Notes: a model not told the origin generated them from the letters alone. Shown: positions 20,893 to 31,580, numbered from the stretch's first letter. The stretch is DNA of 64,000 nucleotides from Nitrosopumilus sp. (GCA_003702525.1 REGJ01000002.1:7984-71983); one strand, 5' to 3'. A program made the numbers and translations.

Positions 20893-21678
20893 TTATGTCT
20901 CAACTAGATTAACTGAGATCTTTGTCATTGGTCTTGACAATTCATCAGGAAGTACAATTAGTAATCCACCATTTTTGTCAACTCCACTACATTCTCCTGA
21001 GAATTTTTGGAAGTTATTTGCATAACATCCATCATCAGAATAATATTCGAAGTTTTCAGTGTATTGGAAATAGTACCATTGTTGAACATAAGATGGTACA
21101 AAATACACATCAAAACCTATTGTATCATCATTTACTGATACTGTATACTCATAGTTTGTCGATTCCTTTGACGTACAAATTGGGACAAATTGTGCAAATC
21201 CATTTTGGAGTTTTTGTTTTTGAGAGTCAGCTGAATATGCATAATTTGGAATAGATGCATCTTCTTCAAAGAAATTTAGATTGTATCCAAGAAAATCAAG
21301 GCCAGTCTTTGCATAATGGAACCATTGAGATTCACAATCTCGATAATCATATTGTACTGCAACTACTGGTTTGCTGTTAACATACTGAAGACCATTTTGT
21401 CTTTGTTTTGCACCATGTTTTGTAATATCAGACTCTTCTTCTTCTCCTGGAATTACTTCACGTTCCCAAGTAGTTGTTACATCAACAATTAGATTTCTAG
21501 GATAACTTTTCCATTCAGGTTGGAAATGAACGTAATTTGCATATTCGTTTACTTGACTAATTTTTACAGTATTTCTAGAGTCTCTCCAGGTTGCAAAGGC
21601 ATCATCAAAGACAACATTAATTGAAAATAGAACTGCCAATCCTAACATCACAGAGATTATTGCTATCTTCATTTTCAT
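20893..21678 (-). CDS. Exported hypothetical protein
   Basis: 261-aa ORF, N-terminal hydrophobic segment, four Cys. Confidence 0.75.
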   Translation of the reverse strand: MKMKIAIISVMLGLAVLFSINVVFDDAFATWRDSRNTVKISQVNEYANYVHFQPEWKSYPRNLIVDVTTTWEREVIPGEEEESDITKHGAKQRQNGLQYVNSKPVVAVQYDYRDCESQWFHYAKTGLDFLGYNLNFFEEDASIPNYAYSADSQKQKLQNGFAQFVPICTSKESTNYEYTVSVNDDTIGFDVYFVPSYVQQWYYFQYTENFEYYSDDGCYANNFQKFSGECSGVDKNGGLLIVLPDELSRPMTKISVNLVET

Positions 21679-21768
21679 TTCTCCAGATATACCATAAAGG
21701 ACATTATTCTAATTAAAGTCATAGTAGAATTTCACGGATGTACCACTTTTCATCAAAATTTGTCTGAG

Positions 21769-22545
21769 TTAATTTTCTACGGGAAGATCCAGTCGATTTC
21801 CCCATTCTCCCCAAGATCCCAGATAGACCTTGACATTTGTGAATCCAAGTTTTTTTAGAACCAAAAAAGAATTGGCTGCCCTATAGGCCCCTTGACAATA
21901 TGTCACAATTTCAGTGTCTTTTGGATAATCATACATTTTTGATAATTCCTCATCGCTTTTGAAAGTCCCATCATCTTTCAGGTTCTGACTCCAGTCAATA
22001 TTGATGGCATTTGGAATATGTCCTGATTGGGCGGCACGCACCGTACTTCCATCATATTCCCCAGGCGAGCGGGCATCAAGGATTTTCACATTTTCAAGAT
22101 TGTCTCGAACATACTCAAATCCAGAAATTATCTCAGGATTGGTTTTTCCTGAAAAATCAGATGGTTTGAATCCATTTGGTTTTGTCTCAATGGTTAGATT
22201 TTCTTTTTGCCATTTTGTGATTCCACCATCAAGTATCATGACATTTTCATGAGAGAAATACATCAACATCCATACTCCTCTGGCAGCAAGCATTCCAGAA
22301 ACTGAATCATAAAAGATGACTTTTTTTTCAGGAGTTACTCCAAGAAAAGACAGCAGGGATTTTGATTGATTATTGAAATTTTCAATTCCTTGTTTTGATG
22401 TGTCAATCCAATGAAATGCAAACAGGTCCAAATGAACTGCTCCTGGGATATGACCTTCAGAATATTCTTTGAAAGAACGGGTATCAGCTAAAATGAGATT
22501 AGGATCATCTAGAATTGAATTAAGTTCAGATGTACTGATTAACAC
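21769..22545 (-). CDS. Tandem-rhodanese sulfurtransferase
   Basis: GHIPGA, GHIPNA, YCQGAYRA active loop, YLGSWGEW. Confidence 0.93.
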   Translation of the reverse strand: MLISTSELNSILDDPNLILADTRSFKEYSEGHIPGAVHLDLFAFHWIDTSKQGIENFNNQSKSLLSFLGVTPEKKVIFYDSVSGMLAARGVWMLMYFSHENVMILDGGITKWQKENLTIETKPNGFKPSDFSGKTNPEIISGFEYVRDNLENVKILDARSPGEYDGSTVRAAQSGHIPNAINIDWSQNLKDDGTFKSDEELSKMYDYPKDTEIVTYCQGAYRAANSFLVLKKLGFTNVKVYLGSWGEWGNRLDLPVEN

Positions 22546-22582
22546 AATAGGGATTCTGAATAATCAAATTAATTTCTTTTAA

Positions 22583-22831
22583 TTATGCCAAGTTCAGGCG
22601 TAAAGTTCCCCTGTTCAATATCATGACTCTACGGGATGATGGAATTCCTATTAGAGGACTCTTAGATATTCTTCGAGTTTTAGTGCCTTTATTCACTGTA
22701 ATCTTTTGAGATTTATCCAAAGTTGAGAATTTTGTAAGAAGATTTTTTTCTCCAATCATACGATGTTTTGGTACTTCTTCAGAGTTATGAGAAGAGGTAC
22801 CTCTTTGTTTACTTAGTAAGATTAGACTCAT
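22583..22831 (-). CDS. Small basic hypothetical protein
   Basis: 82-aa ORF filling intergenic gap; TATA-like element upstream. Confidence 0.5.
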   Translation of the reverse strand: MSLILLSKQRGTSSHNSEEVPKHRMIGEKNLLTKFSTLDKSQKITVNKGTKTRRISKSPLIGIPSSRRVMILNRGTLRLNLA

Positions 22832-22973
22832 ACAATGTAGTAATAAAATAACTATTTATGGATTTCATACTTTATGATTTTATGCAAGACACTGAATTGC
22901 AAGTGAATGCATAATTCTTAATCTAAGATTAGGGAGTGAATAATAAAAAGAAGAAAAGAAAAGGGTTGTTTTT

Positions 22974-24539
22974 CTATTCGTTGACGTATGCTCTTTCGCC
23001 GTGTTGTGCCAAATCGAGACCAATCTCCTCTTCTTTAGGAGTGACTCTGATTCCGCCTGGCCATACTGCGTCCATTACCTTTAGGATTACAATTGTAATA
23101 CCAAATGCATATCCTATTGAGATTGCTGCTGCAATGATACTGATTGCTTGGGTCTCCATTCCTTCTGGAGTTCCAGTCCATGCACCAATACCGTCTCCGG
23201 TATCCCAGATGTGTGGACTTGCTAATGTACCAGTCAAAATTGCACCTGTAAGACCACCCATTCCATGTATTCCCCATACATCTAATGCGTCATCCCACTT
23301 TCTTGCATTCTTGAATGCTACACATGCATAACAAACTGTACCTGCGGCAATTCCCATAATGATTGCAGCCATTGGACCTACCCAACCTGAAGCTGGAGTG
23401 ATTGTTACCAATCCTGCTACTGCACCTGATGCTGCACCAACAATACTTGGTTTTCCTGTATGTGCCCATGACATCAAGACCCAAGTAACTGCGGCCATAC
23501 CAGTTGCGGTATTTGTAACAGTCCATGCGCTGACGGTAATGCCGTCTACCATTGCTTCACTACCTGCGTTAAAGCCGAACCATCCGAACCAGAGGATACT
23601 TGAACCAAGTACCACCATTGGGATGTTGTGTGGCTCCATTGGCACTTTGCCATATCCAAGTCTTCTGCCAAGGACTAAGGCTCCAGCCAATGCTGCAAAT
23701 CCTGAAGAAATGTGTACTACAGTACCACCAGCAAAGTCTAACGCATGCGATGGCGATAAGTCTGGATTGAGGTCTAATGCCCCGTTTCCTATGAAACCGC
23801 CTCCCCAGACCCAGTGTGCAATTGGGTCGTAAACGAAGGTACCCCATAAGAGTACGAATATGACTAGTGCACTGAATTTGATTCTGTCAATCAAACCACC
23901 AATAATTAGAATTGGTGTGATGATGGCAAATGTTCCTTGGAACATTGCAAACATTTGGTGAGGAATAGTTCCTGGCCAACCTTGACTACAATATTCACCA
24001 TCTACCATCGATTGCATTTGATAGGCTGCTGACCATGTATCGCCACAAGGGCCTATTTCACCTAATGGTGCATAGTGTGATACCATGTTAAATCCAGCAT
24101 AATCTAGACTTCCCATGAAATGGTTTGCGCCTTCATCTGCGTTTGGTGCAAATGCTAGTGAGTAACCCCATAGAACCCATTGTACTGACATGAGACCCAT
24201 AACAATGAGAGTCATACCAAGAACGTTGACGATGTTCTTTGATCTGGCTAGACCGCCATAAAAGAAACCGACACCTGGGGACATAAGGAGTACGAATGAT
24301 GTTGCTGTTAGCATCCAGGCAGTATCACCAGTGTCTATAAGACATGGTAAGTAAGTGCCATCGCCATTATCAACCCAACATTCGTTAGGGTTACCAGTGT
24401 AAATTCCACTGGTTCCTTTTACATATCCGTCCATACCATCTTCAACGCTTTGTGCATATGCCTGAGACATTGCACCTGCTGCTGTGATGGATACTGCGGC
24501 TACAAGTAATAGAGCATACTTGTAGTTCCTAGAATTCAT
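22974..24539 (-). CDS. amt: Ammonium transporter (Amt family)
   Basis: DFAGGTVVHISSG, LWFGWFGFNAGS, WGIHG twin-His, EEIGLD. Confidence 0.97.
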   Translation of the reverse strand: MNSRNYKYALLLVAAVSITAAGAMSQAYAQSVEDGMDGYVKGTSGIYTGNPNECWVDNGDGTYLPCLIDTGDTAWMLTATSFVLLMSPGVGFFYGGLARSKNIVNVLGMTLIVMGLMSVQWVLWGYSLAFAPNADEGANHFMGSLDYAGFNMVSHYAPLGEIGPCGDTWSAAYQMQSMVDGEYCSQGWPGTIPHQMFAMFQGTFAIITPILIIGGLIDRIKFSALVIFVLLWGTFVYDPIAHWVWGGGFIGNGALDLNPDLSPSHALDFAGGTVVHISSGFAALAGALVLGRRLGYGKVPMEPHNIPMVVLGSSILWFGWFGFNAGSEAMVDGITVSAWTVTNTATGMAAVTWVLMSWAHTGKPSIVGAASGAVAGLVTITPASGWVGPMAAIIMGIAAGTVCYACVAFKNARKWDDALDVWGIHGMGGLTGAILTGTLASPHIWDTGDGIGAWTGTPEGMETQAISIIAAAISIGYAFGITIVILKVMDAVWPGGIRVTPKEEEIGLDLAQHGERAYVNE

Positions 24540-24667
24540 TGAATTTATCGAAATTGGATTTTATTTAAGCATTGGAGACTAAAGAATGTCTGAAAAAGTA
24601 AATTATTATATTTTAGTATATTCTGATAGTAACATAAAATATGGAAATTATGATAAAGTGATCGCAA

Positions 24668-25333
24668 ATGGGAAAATCTGAAACTAAACTAGCAATTTTT
24701 GATACCTTCAAGACTAAAGGTGAAGAGTTAACAGGAGAAGCTCAACGACAAAGAGCAATTATTGGGATCCTTGCAAGTGATGCAAATCCTGCTGAAAGGA
24801 CTAGAACTGGAATATCACAAAAAATGGCAAAAAAACAAGGAATTGCCTGGAAGAATATCTATTCAGGGATTTTTCGAGATTTAGATGAAATCTTACTTCC
24901 AATGGGAATTGCAGAAGAAGATGGCAGATTACCTCTTCAGAGAGGCCCTAAAGCCCTTCAAGAAAAAGGAATTCCATATTATCATCTCACAAAAAAAGGA
25001 GTTTTAATCGCCCTTTCAATTAGTGATATCAAAAATAGAGAAAAATTGCTAAAAGAGTTTTTTTCAAAGTCTGAAGATAAAGAAAAAGAGTTTGAAAAGA
25101 TCCTATCTAGTCTCTTAGAAAATAGTCCTAAATTCGCATACTCTATTTTTCAAAAATATGTCAAGGCATTTTGTGACAATAAATTCAAGGAATTACTCCC
25201 ATTTGATCTCACAAAATTGAAGGATATTTCAGATGAATCATTGGAGATTCAAAAGGAGATTCTGGTAGCTTTTGTGGAACTCTCAAAGCAAGAAAAAGAA
25301 GATGCTATCAAATTTCTGGATAAAATCACATAG
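24668..25333 (+). CDS. Hypothetical protein, probable winged-helix DNA-binding fold
   Basis: Helical N-terminus followed by YYHLTKKG wing-like motif; divergent from amt. Confidence 0.6.
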   Translation: MGKSETKLAIFDTFKTKGEELTGEAQRQRAIIGILASDANPAERTRTGISQKMAKKQGIAWKNIYSGIFRDLDEILLPMGIAEEDGRLPLQRGPKALQEKGIPYYHLTKKGVLIALSISDIKNREKLLKEFFSKSEDKEKEFEKILSSLLENSPKFAYSIFQKYVKAFCDNKFKELLPFDLTKLKDISDESLEIQKEILVAFVELSKQEKEDAIKFLDKIT

Positions 25334-25392
25334 AATTTGTTCCTGCGTAGATCGCCAAACATTAAAATCCGTTACTCGTAAACGATTTTCAA

Positions 25393-26427
25393 ATGGGTAA
25401 GAACGTCTACGCATCAGTAAAGTCATACAGCCAGAGAGGAAAATTACTCAACAGGGCTGATTTTCAGACACTAGCAGAATCAAGAGATCTTGATGAATTT
25501 ATGACCAGAATAAAAAATACTGTTTACGGAGATTCAATTAATGATGTTCAAAAACCATACACTTCACAGGGAATAGAATCAGCACTTAGAGGACAATTAG
25601 CCGATGTCCATTACTCCATTGCAAAGACTGCAGGAGACTCTGATATTCTTGATGCATATTATATGAAATTCATAATTTCAAATCTAAAATTAATTCTCAA
25701 AGGAAAGGTCTTAGGAAAAACACAAGAAGAGATTGAGAATCACATCAATCTTCGTGCAGAAGAACTAGTCAAACAGAGAGATGTCATCATCAAATCCCTT
25801 GTTGCAAAAGATCTTGAAGAAGCAGTTGCAAGTCTAAACTCAGTTCAATTTGGAGACGAGATTGCAAAGGCTGCAACACTATACAATGAAACAAAGAACA
25901 TTCAGGTCTTTGACACATATTTTGATAAAATTTTGTACCAACAACTAGGACGTGCTCTAAAGAACACAAGAGACAGAGATGTCATAAAGATCGTTGGAAT
26001 GGATGTTGACTTTTACAATCTTCTTAGTGTAATTAGAGGAAAATTCTGGGGATTAGAAGAATCACAAATTCAAGATTTGATTGTGACTCAGACTCCAACA
26101 GTCCCAAGAGAACTTCTTGGAAGAATGATGGCAGCAGGTTCAGTCAGAGATGCACTAAATGAGCTTGCCACAACCAAATACAAAGACATGATTCCACAGA
26201 TGGAAAATGAGTTAGATGCAGTTGCTGCATTTGAAAGAGCATTTGAGATGAGCATTTATCATTCATCTGCCAGAGCATTTACCAAGATGTTTAGTTTTGC
26301 AACAATTATTGGAATCACAAAACTAACAGGCTTTGAAGTAAGGAATTTGGCTGCAATTGCATATGCAGTAGAGCAGAAAATCCCTACAGAGACAACAATG
26401 TCAAAATTGATTCTTGAAGAAGAATAG
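25393..26427 (+). CDS. atpC: A-type ATP synthase subunit C (d/AC39 family)
   Basis: GKLL..., DFYNLLSVIRGK, FEVRNLAAI motifs; 344 aa. Confidence 0.9.
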   Translation: MGKNVYASVKSYSQRGKLLNRADFQTLAESRDLDEFMTRIKNTVYGDSINDVQKPYTSQGIESALRGQLADVHYSIAKTAGDSDILDAYYMKFIISNLKLILKGKVLGKTQEEIENHINLRAEELVKQRDVIIKSLVAKDLEEAVASLNSVQFGDEIAKAATLYNETKNIQVFDTYFDKILYQQLGRALKNTRDRDVIKIVGMDVDFYNLLSVIRGKFWGLEESQIQDLIVTQTPTVPRELLGRMMAAGSVRDALNELATTKYKDMIPQMENELDAVAAFERAFEMSIYHSSARAFTKMFSFATIIGITKLTGFEVRNLAAIAYAVEQKIPTETTMSKLILEEE

Positions 26428-26434
26428 ACTGAAA

Positions 26435-26671
26435 ATGATAAAATTTCCTAAAAAGAAAAACGAGATAACAACAGAGACAGTAATCAATACTATTTGGGTT
26501 AGCGCATTTATGGCCATGATTTTCTCATTGCCACCTCTAGCATTATTTTTGGGAATTTACTTTTGGGCAGGAGAATTAGTTATAGGAGCAATAGTTGGCT
26601 TTGGAGTACATTTTGTAACTCTAGCATTTGCAGGCAAAATCTCAAAATTTTTGACCAACATAATGAGTTAA
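26435..26671 (+). CDS. Small two-TM membrane protein
   Basis: Two hydrophobic segments; ATG 7 nt after atpC stop. Confidence 0.7.
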   Translation: MIKFPKKKNEITTETVINTIWVSAFMAMIFSLPPLALFLGIYFWAGELVIGAIVGFGVHFVTLAFAGKISKFLTNIMS

Positions 26672-26704
26672 CCTATAAGGATCCAAATATCAAAGTGATG
26701 TATC

Positions 26705-27352
26705 ATGATGGGAGATAGAGATTTTCGAACTACTATTCAAAACGCTATAAAATCAATTGGGAATGAATTAGAAATTAACATAGATTCTAAAGACTTTGAA
26801 ACTATCCACCTTCAAGAAGTCGTTAGATGTATGAGACGTTCATACTATGATAGAGTAGAACCTCTAGAAATTGAGAGAAGAGGATTCAATGAGCTTCTTT
26901 CAGGATTATTGAGAAAATTAGAATACGGTAGTAATCCAAAGGATTTTGAAATCAACGAGATCAAGCTTCGTGGACAAGCAGATATGATTGTGGATGATGC
27001 AATTCTCCTATTCAGATCAGCTACTGAAGAATTAGAAAATCCTCACGCAAGTGATGTCTTGTATCTTAATGCATGCATGTGGATATATGACAAAGAAGAT
27101 GGTATGGTAGTCTACATAACAGGAGACAGAAAAGAATCAACATTTTCACTAACACGTAACAAAAAGATGTTTGAAGACACCATACGCAGGGTTCGAGTTT
27201 TAAACAATCTTCTCAAAGAGGAAAAAACACCAATCTTAGAGCCATCTGAAGAATGTACTGAATGTCAATATTATGAGAGATGTTATACAAAGAAGAAAAA
27301 TACTAAACAAACATCTCTTGCCGAAATGTTAGGACTTGGCAAACAAGACTAG
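26705..27352 (+). CDS. cas4: Solo Cas4-like Fe-S protein
   Basis: N-terminal CMRRSYY and C-terminal CTECQYYERC four-Cys arrangement; GQAD motif; no other cas genes or array nearby. Confidence 0.8.
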   Translation: MMGDRDFRTTIQNAIKSIGNELEINIDSKDFETIHLQEVVRCMRRSYYDRVEPLEIERRGFNELLSGLLRKLEYGSNPKDFEINEIKLRGQADMIVDDAILLFRSATEELENPHASDVLYLNACMWIYDKEDGMVVYITGDRKESTFSLTRNKKMFEDTIRRVRVLNNLLKEEKTPILEPSEECTECQYYERCYTKKKNTKQTSLAEMLGLGKQD

Positions 27353-27395
27353 TTAGATAAATGAAAAATATTGTAAAGGAAAAATTCCTTTTTGT

Positions 27396-27506
27396 TTAAT
27401 CTAGTGGTTCTGGATGTCCTTTACCACGAAGAGCGAAACACACTACTGCGAGTGCAATTGCGACTCCTGCTGCTGCGCCATAAGCTGCCATACTTGCTTC
27501 TGCCAT
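27396..27506 (-). CDS. 36-aa single-TM microprotein
   Basis: Hand translation MAEASMAAYGAAAGVAIALAVVCFALRGKGHPEPLD; TTATAAAA about 30 nt upstream; GC-richer than flanks. Confidence 0.75.
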   Translation of the reverse strand: MAEASMAAYGAAAGVAIALAVVCFALRGKGHPEPLD

Positions 27507-27595
27507 TTGATAAAATCCCAATGAGATTGCTTTTATAACTTTGCCAATATTTTGTCTCTAAAAACAAATTATCATAATTTTTTGATTTTATGATA

Positions 27596-28147
27596 CTATT
27601 GAGTAAATTCAAAGAAAAGTTCGTTTTCCTGACCACTAGTCATAGAACTCAAATTGTAAAACACGACACCAGAAACTTTCCAGGTGTTTGTATTTGATTC
27701 AAAATCAGACCACAATTCAGGAGTGTTACCAGAATTTCTTAACACAATCTCATCTCTCAATATGATAGAGTTTCCACCAAGTAGAGTATAGTAATTTGAA
27801 CCAAATTCTACCATTCCTTCAGCTCTATGTCCAATTTGTCCTCCACCAAGTTGTTCAGAATGAGAGTATCCTGTTTCGTACAATTGATAATCCATTGTTG
27901 TAACAATCATAGAACGGTCATTAGGATTTTTAATTTCAAATGCAACATCAATTGTTGCAGAACGTTCAGAAATTTTTGAAACAACAATCTCTTCTAATTC
28001 AATTTCAAGAGGTCTTACTTGTTGAACGTCTGAATTCCCAGACATTTGTGGAGATTCTATATCAATGGATGGTCCCATAAGTAAAATTCCACCTAATACT
28101 GCAGCAAGTGCAGCCATTGCAACTCCAACAAAAATTTTAGGATTCAT
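27596..28147 (-). CDS. Membrane-anchored LEA14/WHy-like protein
   Basis: N-terminal TM; FEIKNPN...MDYQLY motif. Confidence 0.7.
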   Translation of the reverse strand: MNPKIFVGVAMAALAAVLGGILLMGPSIDIESPQMSGNSDVQQVRPLEIELEEIVVSKISERSATIDVAFEIKNPNDRSMIVTTMDYQLYETGYSHSEQLGGGQIGHRAEGMVEFGSNYYTLLGGNSIILRDEIVLRNSGNTPELWSDFESNTNTWKVSGVVFYNLSSMTSGQENELFFEFTQ

Positions 28148-28217
28148 AACTCTTGCAAACTCCTTTGATTTCTTAAATGTTGAGATAGTTATTATACCAT
28201 TGGAGGGGAGAAAAATT

Positions 28218-28568
28218 ATGCAGTATTTCCAGGCAGTTCAACAAGGAAAACAAAGAGCAGGAAAGTCTCAAATGAAGATGTTTGAGGCAGCAGGATTTGG
28301 AATGCTGACTTTGACTACAAAGAAGGTGGATGGAAAATTCCAACCGGTAGGTGATGAAGATTTTACGGCAGTTGTGAAATCAGATGAAGGACATGTTGCA
28401 ATTATAGTAGACAAGGATGGATATACCAAGACTCAATCAAAGGCATTAGAAAAAGATGAGGCCTTGGCAATCTACAAAAAACTTCGAGATTCAGGAGTTG
28501 AAGAATATCCTGGAAAAGAGATCCTGATATGGACTGAAACCAGACCTACAATTCAAAATGAATCTTAG
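28218..28568 (+). CDS. Hypothetical protein
   Basis: ATG 28218 preceded by GGAGG; upstream part of listed ORF overlaps opposite gene. Confidence 0.75.
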   Translation: MQYFQAVQQGKQRAGKSQMKMFEAAGFGMLTLTTKKVDGKFQPVGDEDFTAVVKSDEGHVAIIVDKDGYTKTQSKALEKDEALAIYKKLRDSGVEEYPGKEILIWTETRPTIQNES

Positions 28569-28570
28569 AA

Positions 28571-29254
28571 TTATTTTGTTGGAATAATTATCTCGGTTCC
28601 CAAATTACCGCCTTTAATGACTTTTTCAATAATTTTTGGACTTGCTTTGAGAATTCTTGTTTTGATTTTTGAGCGTTCAATAATTTTCAGGGCAACTATA
28701 TCCATTAGATCATACCCTCCTGCTACAGAATCCTCATGAACTAGCATGTTCTTGAGATTTTTCAATTCAATTCGTTTGAATTTTTTTGCCTTTTTGAATT
28801 TGTTAGGATCCATGTCATATACCCCATCAACATCAGTGGCGTTAAGGAATTGTTCAGCTTTTACTTTTTCTGCAATCAATGCAGCAGTACCATTAGTGCT
28901 TTGACCAGGATGAAGGCCTCCAGCAACTACAATTAATCCATCATCTACTGCATGTCTAACTTCTTGCAAAGTAGTTGGTGGATGAGAATATGCTTTGTTT
29001 TTTAGAGCATAAATTAGCAGTTTTGCATTTAATCTAGAAATCTCAATTCCTAATTCATCAAGGGTTGACTCATCAGCTCCTGAAGATCTTGCATGGTTAA
29101 TGTAGTGTCTTGCAATGTTTCCACCCCCAGCAATAATGATTGGCTGACAGACCTTACTGATTTTTACTAGAAATTCTGCCCAATCTTTGAGGAGTTTAAC
29201 ATTATCCATGGCAAAAACTCTGCCAGATAGTTTGATTACAATTCTTTTTTTCAC
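28571..29254 (-). CDS. pyrH: UMP kinase
   Basis: VIKLSG, GGGNIAR, PGQST, TDVDGVY. Confidence 0.95.
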   Translation of the reverse strand: MKKRIVIKLSGRVFAMDNVKLLKDWAEFLVKISKVCQPIIIAGGGNIARHYINHARSSGADESTLDELGIEISRLNAKLLIYALKNKAYSHPPTTLQEVRHAVDDGLIVVAGGLHPGQSTNGTAALIAEKVKAEQFLNATDVDGVYDMDPNKFKKAKKFKRIELKNLKNMLVHEDSVAGGYDLMDIVALKIIERSKIKTRILKASPKIIEKVIKGGNLGTEIIIPTK

Positions 29255-30486
29255 TCTAGTTCACCAATGATGGATTTTGCGGCAATTTCAACTTTTTTTC
29301 TATTCTTTTGATGAGTATAGATTCTCAGTATATTCATGAAGCCTGAAATTGCTGAAACTACAGGTATTTCAGATATAGGCATCTCTTTTGCCGAGGATTT
29401 ACCGCCCTCATTTGTAATCAGAATTACTGATTTTGACTCGTTTTTTGAAGGGGCAAGTGGAATAGAGGGAGTTACAGAACTATCAACAAAAATCTCATTT
29501 TCGTCAACTTTGGATTTTTTGGATATGGCAGATCTTAGTTCATCTGTTTTTATTTTCTTTAGGTTCTTTTGACTTGTCAAAATGCTCTCAAATACACATT
29601 TTAGCAATTTTCTGTTTTGATAATCTTGTGCAAACTTTCTTGCTCTTTTTAGTTTTGAAGTTTTTGAAGAAAGCAAACTAGAGAGTACGTATTCATCAGT
29701 TAGCTGAATAAACTCATCTAGATTAAAAGTAGAGAATCCAAACTCATCATCTGAAGATCTTAAGGCTTCAAGCAACATTACTTCTGCTGCCCTTACTGTC
29801 TTGTGGAAATAAACTGCTTTGAACATTTGATATCTAGAATGCATCATTGATTCAAATGAATAGAGAGCTGAGCGTTCCAATGCAAGTTTCTTTTGATGAA
29901 CATCAAGTGATTGTGTAATTCTTTTGTGATCTATTTTTGCATGTTCTGCTCCTGTAAAATAACCATCTCTAAGCAGATAGTCCATCATATCTGCGCTAAG
30001 AGCACCTGAAACAATCTCGTTCATATATTGAAATTTTGAATCACCAAATGCGATTTTTGTTACAAGTTTTTTATCAAAGCCATTTTTCGTCAAGATGTCA
30101 CCAATTTCAGATTTTAGAATAATCTCTTTGCCAAAATCTTCATGAGAAATTTTCTTTTCTTGAATAATTTCTTCAAATAGATGTGAGAATGGTCCATGAC
30201 CAATATCATGTAATAAACCAGCTAATCGGAGAATTTCAATATCATCAGATTTGAAAAATCCTTTTTCATTTAATGCGTTTCCTGCCTGACTTGCAATATG
30301 CATGACTCCAAGAGAGTGCTCAAATCTTGTATGTTGAGCTGCAGGATATGTCAGATGTGCACCAGATAATTGTCTAATTCTTCTTAATCTCTGGAAAATA
30401 GGATTATCAATTATTGATAATTCATGGTCATATACTCGAATAAAATCATGAATCGGATCTATAATGTCTAGATAGTTTTTTTTCAT
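29251..30486 (-). CDS. HD-domain phosphohydrolase (dNTP triphosphohydrolase-like)
   Basis: [27 protein letters not shown]. Confidence 0.92.
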   Translation of the reverse strand: MKKNYLDIIDPIHDFIRVYDHELSIIDNPIFQRLRRIRQLSGAHLTYPAAQHTRFEHSLGVMHIASQAGNALNEKGFFKSDDIEILRLAGLLHDIGHGPFSHLFEEIIQEKKISHEDFGKEIILKSEIGDILTKNGFDKKLVTKIAFGDSKFQYMNEIVSGALSADMMDYLLRDGYFTGAEHAKIDHKRITQSLDVHQKKLALERSALYSFESMMHSRYQMFKAVYFHKTVRAAEVMLLEALRSSDDEFGFSTFNLDEFIQLTDEYVLSSLLSSKTSKLKRARKFAQDYQNRKLLKCVFESILTSQKNLKKIKTDELRSAISKKSKVDENEIFVDSSVTPSIPLAPSKNESKSVILITNEGGKSSAKEMPISEIPVVSAISGFMNILRIYTHQKNRKKVEIAAKSIIGELE

Positions 30487-31064
30487 AATCCTATTTTCTT
30501 TGAGAACGTTTTCATTATTTCTTCATGTACTTCTTGTTTAGATTTTGATGCATCGATTATCTTCCAGCGTTTTTTCTTTGCAGTAGTTTTATAGATTTTA
30601 GAAATTTTTCTCAAAAATTCTTCATTTTTTTCAAATTTATCTCGGTTGGTTTTTTGTCTGCTAAAGGATTCTTTCTGAGTGACATCAAGTAGAATAACAA
30701 GATCTGCTTTTGGTAGTCCAGCATCTAGATTCTCTAACCATTTTTGTTTCAGTCCATTTGCCAAACCATAAACAAGATTTGAGTGGTAATATCTATTCAT
30801 GATAAGAACAGAATTTTTTTCCTGTGCTTGGAGAATTTGGTTTAGTTTCTCCCATCTATTTGCAGCCAAAAGGCAGTGGATTACTTGAGGTGGAAATTTT
30901 CTTTTTCCATCAAGATATTTTCTTATTTCCTTTCCCACAGGAGTTGAATAGTCAGGAAAATGGAAGAGTTTTGTCTTTATCTTTCTTTTTTTGAGAGCCT
31001 TTTCAAGTAAGGTGGATTGTGTTAATTTACCTGCCTGATCTCCACCTTCAATTACAATTATCAT
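30483..31064 (-). CDS. tmk: Thymidylate kinase
   Basis: IEGGDQAGKLTQ P-loop; NRYYHSNLVYG. Confidence 0.93.
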   Translation of the reverse strand: MIIVIEGGDQAGKLTQSTLLEKALKKRKIKTKLFHFPDYSTPVGKEIRKYLDGKRKFPPQVIHCLLAANRWEKLNQILQAQEKNSVLIMNRYYHSNLVYGLANGLKQKWLENLDAGLPKADLVILLDVTQKESFSRQKTNRDKFEKNEEFLRKISKIYKTTAKKKRWKIIDASKSKQEVHEEIMKTFSKKIGL

Positions 31065-31337
31065 AAGTTACCAAGACAGAGAAATTGATTAATTAAAAAT
31101 CTATCAAGATTGTTTGCAGTAAAAATTTGGTTTCAGGAACGAAAAGTTGCACAAATTTGCAATTATTAGCATTAATAAAAAAATTCAATTTTCAGGATTT
31201 TTAATTCCAAATAATTTTTTGAGGCTAAGCTGTACAATTTTTGTAATGCAGTGTAATGCTTTATAGAAAAAATTTTACTCAAACATCACTATAATTTACT
31301 AAGGTACGATTATATTCTTAAATGAAAATATGAGGGT

Positions 31338-31580
31338 ATGAGTAAGGTAAGAATATGTACTAACAAAGGTACAGCATTTACAGAATCTGAAGCATCACAT
31401 AACAGATGGTTTGGGAACACCAAAGATCTCAAATCTCTGGTTTCAAAAGAAAATCAAGGCATGAGAGTTTCCGCATCAAAAGGCACATCATCATTATGGA
31501 TAGAAAAAACTCCAAGAATTGAAATGCGCAATCCAAAAGTGATAGTTCACTCTAGAGGAACACAGCGTCTATTTCTTTAG
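31338..31580 (+). CDS. Small hypothetical protein
   Basis: 80-aa ORF followed by oligo-T run. Confidence 0.55.
   Translation: MSKVRICTNKGTAFTESEASHNRWFGNTKDLKSLVSKENQGMRVSASKGTSSLWIEKTPRIEMRNPKVIVHSRGTQRLFL

Noticed and set aside
22936-23847. Several ORFs overlapping amt
   Set aside because: Antisense or off-frame shadows of a GC-richer, strongly biased gene
26705-27600. Possible CRISPR-Cas locus near cas4
   Set aside because: No repeat-spacer array or other cas genes seen in the window
27421-27636. 71-aa minus-strand ORF
   Set aside because: Off-frame; the 36-aa ORF at 27396-27506 has the better promoter and protein-like sequence
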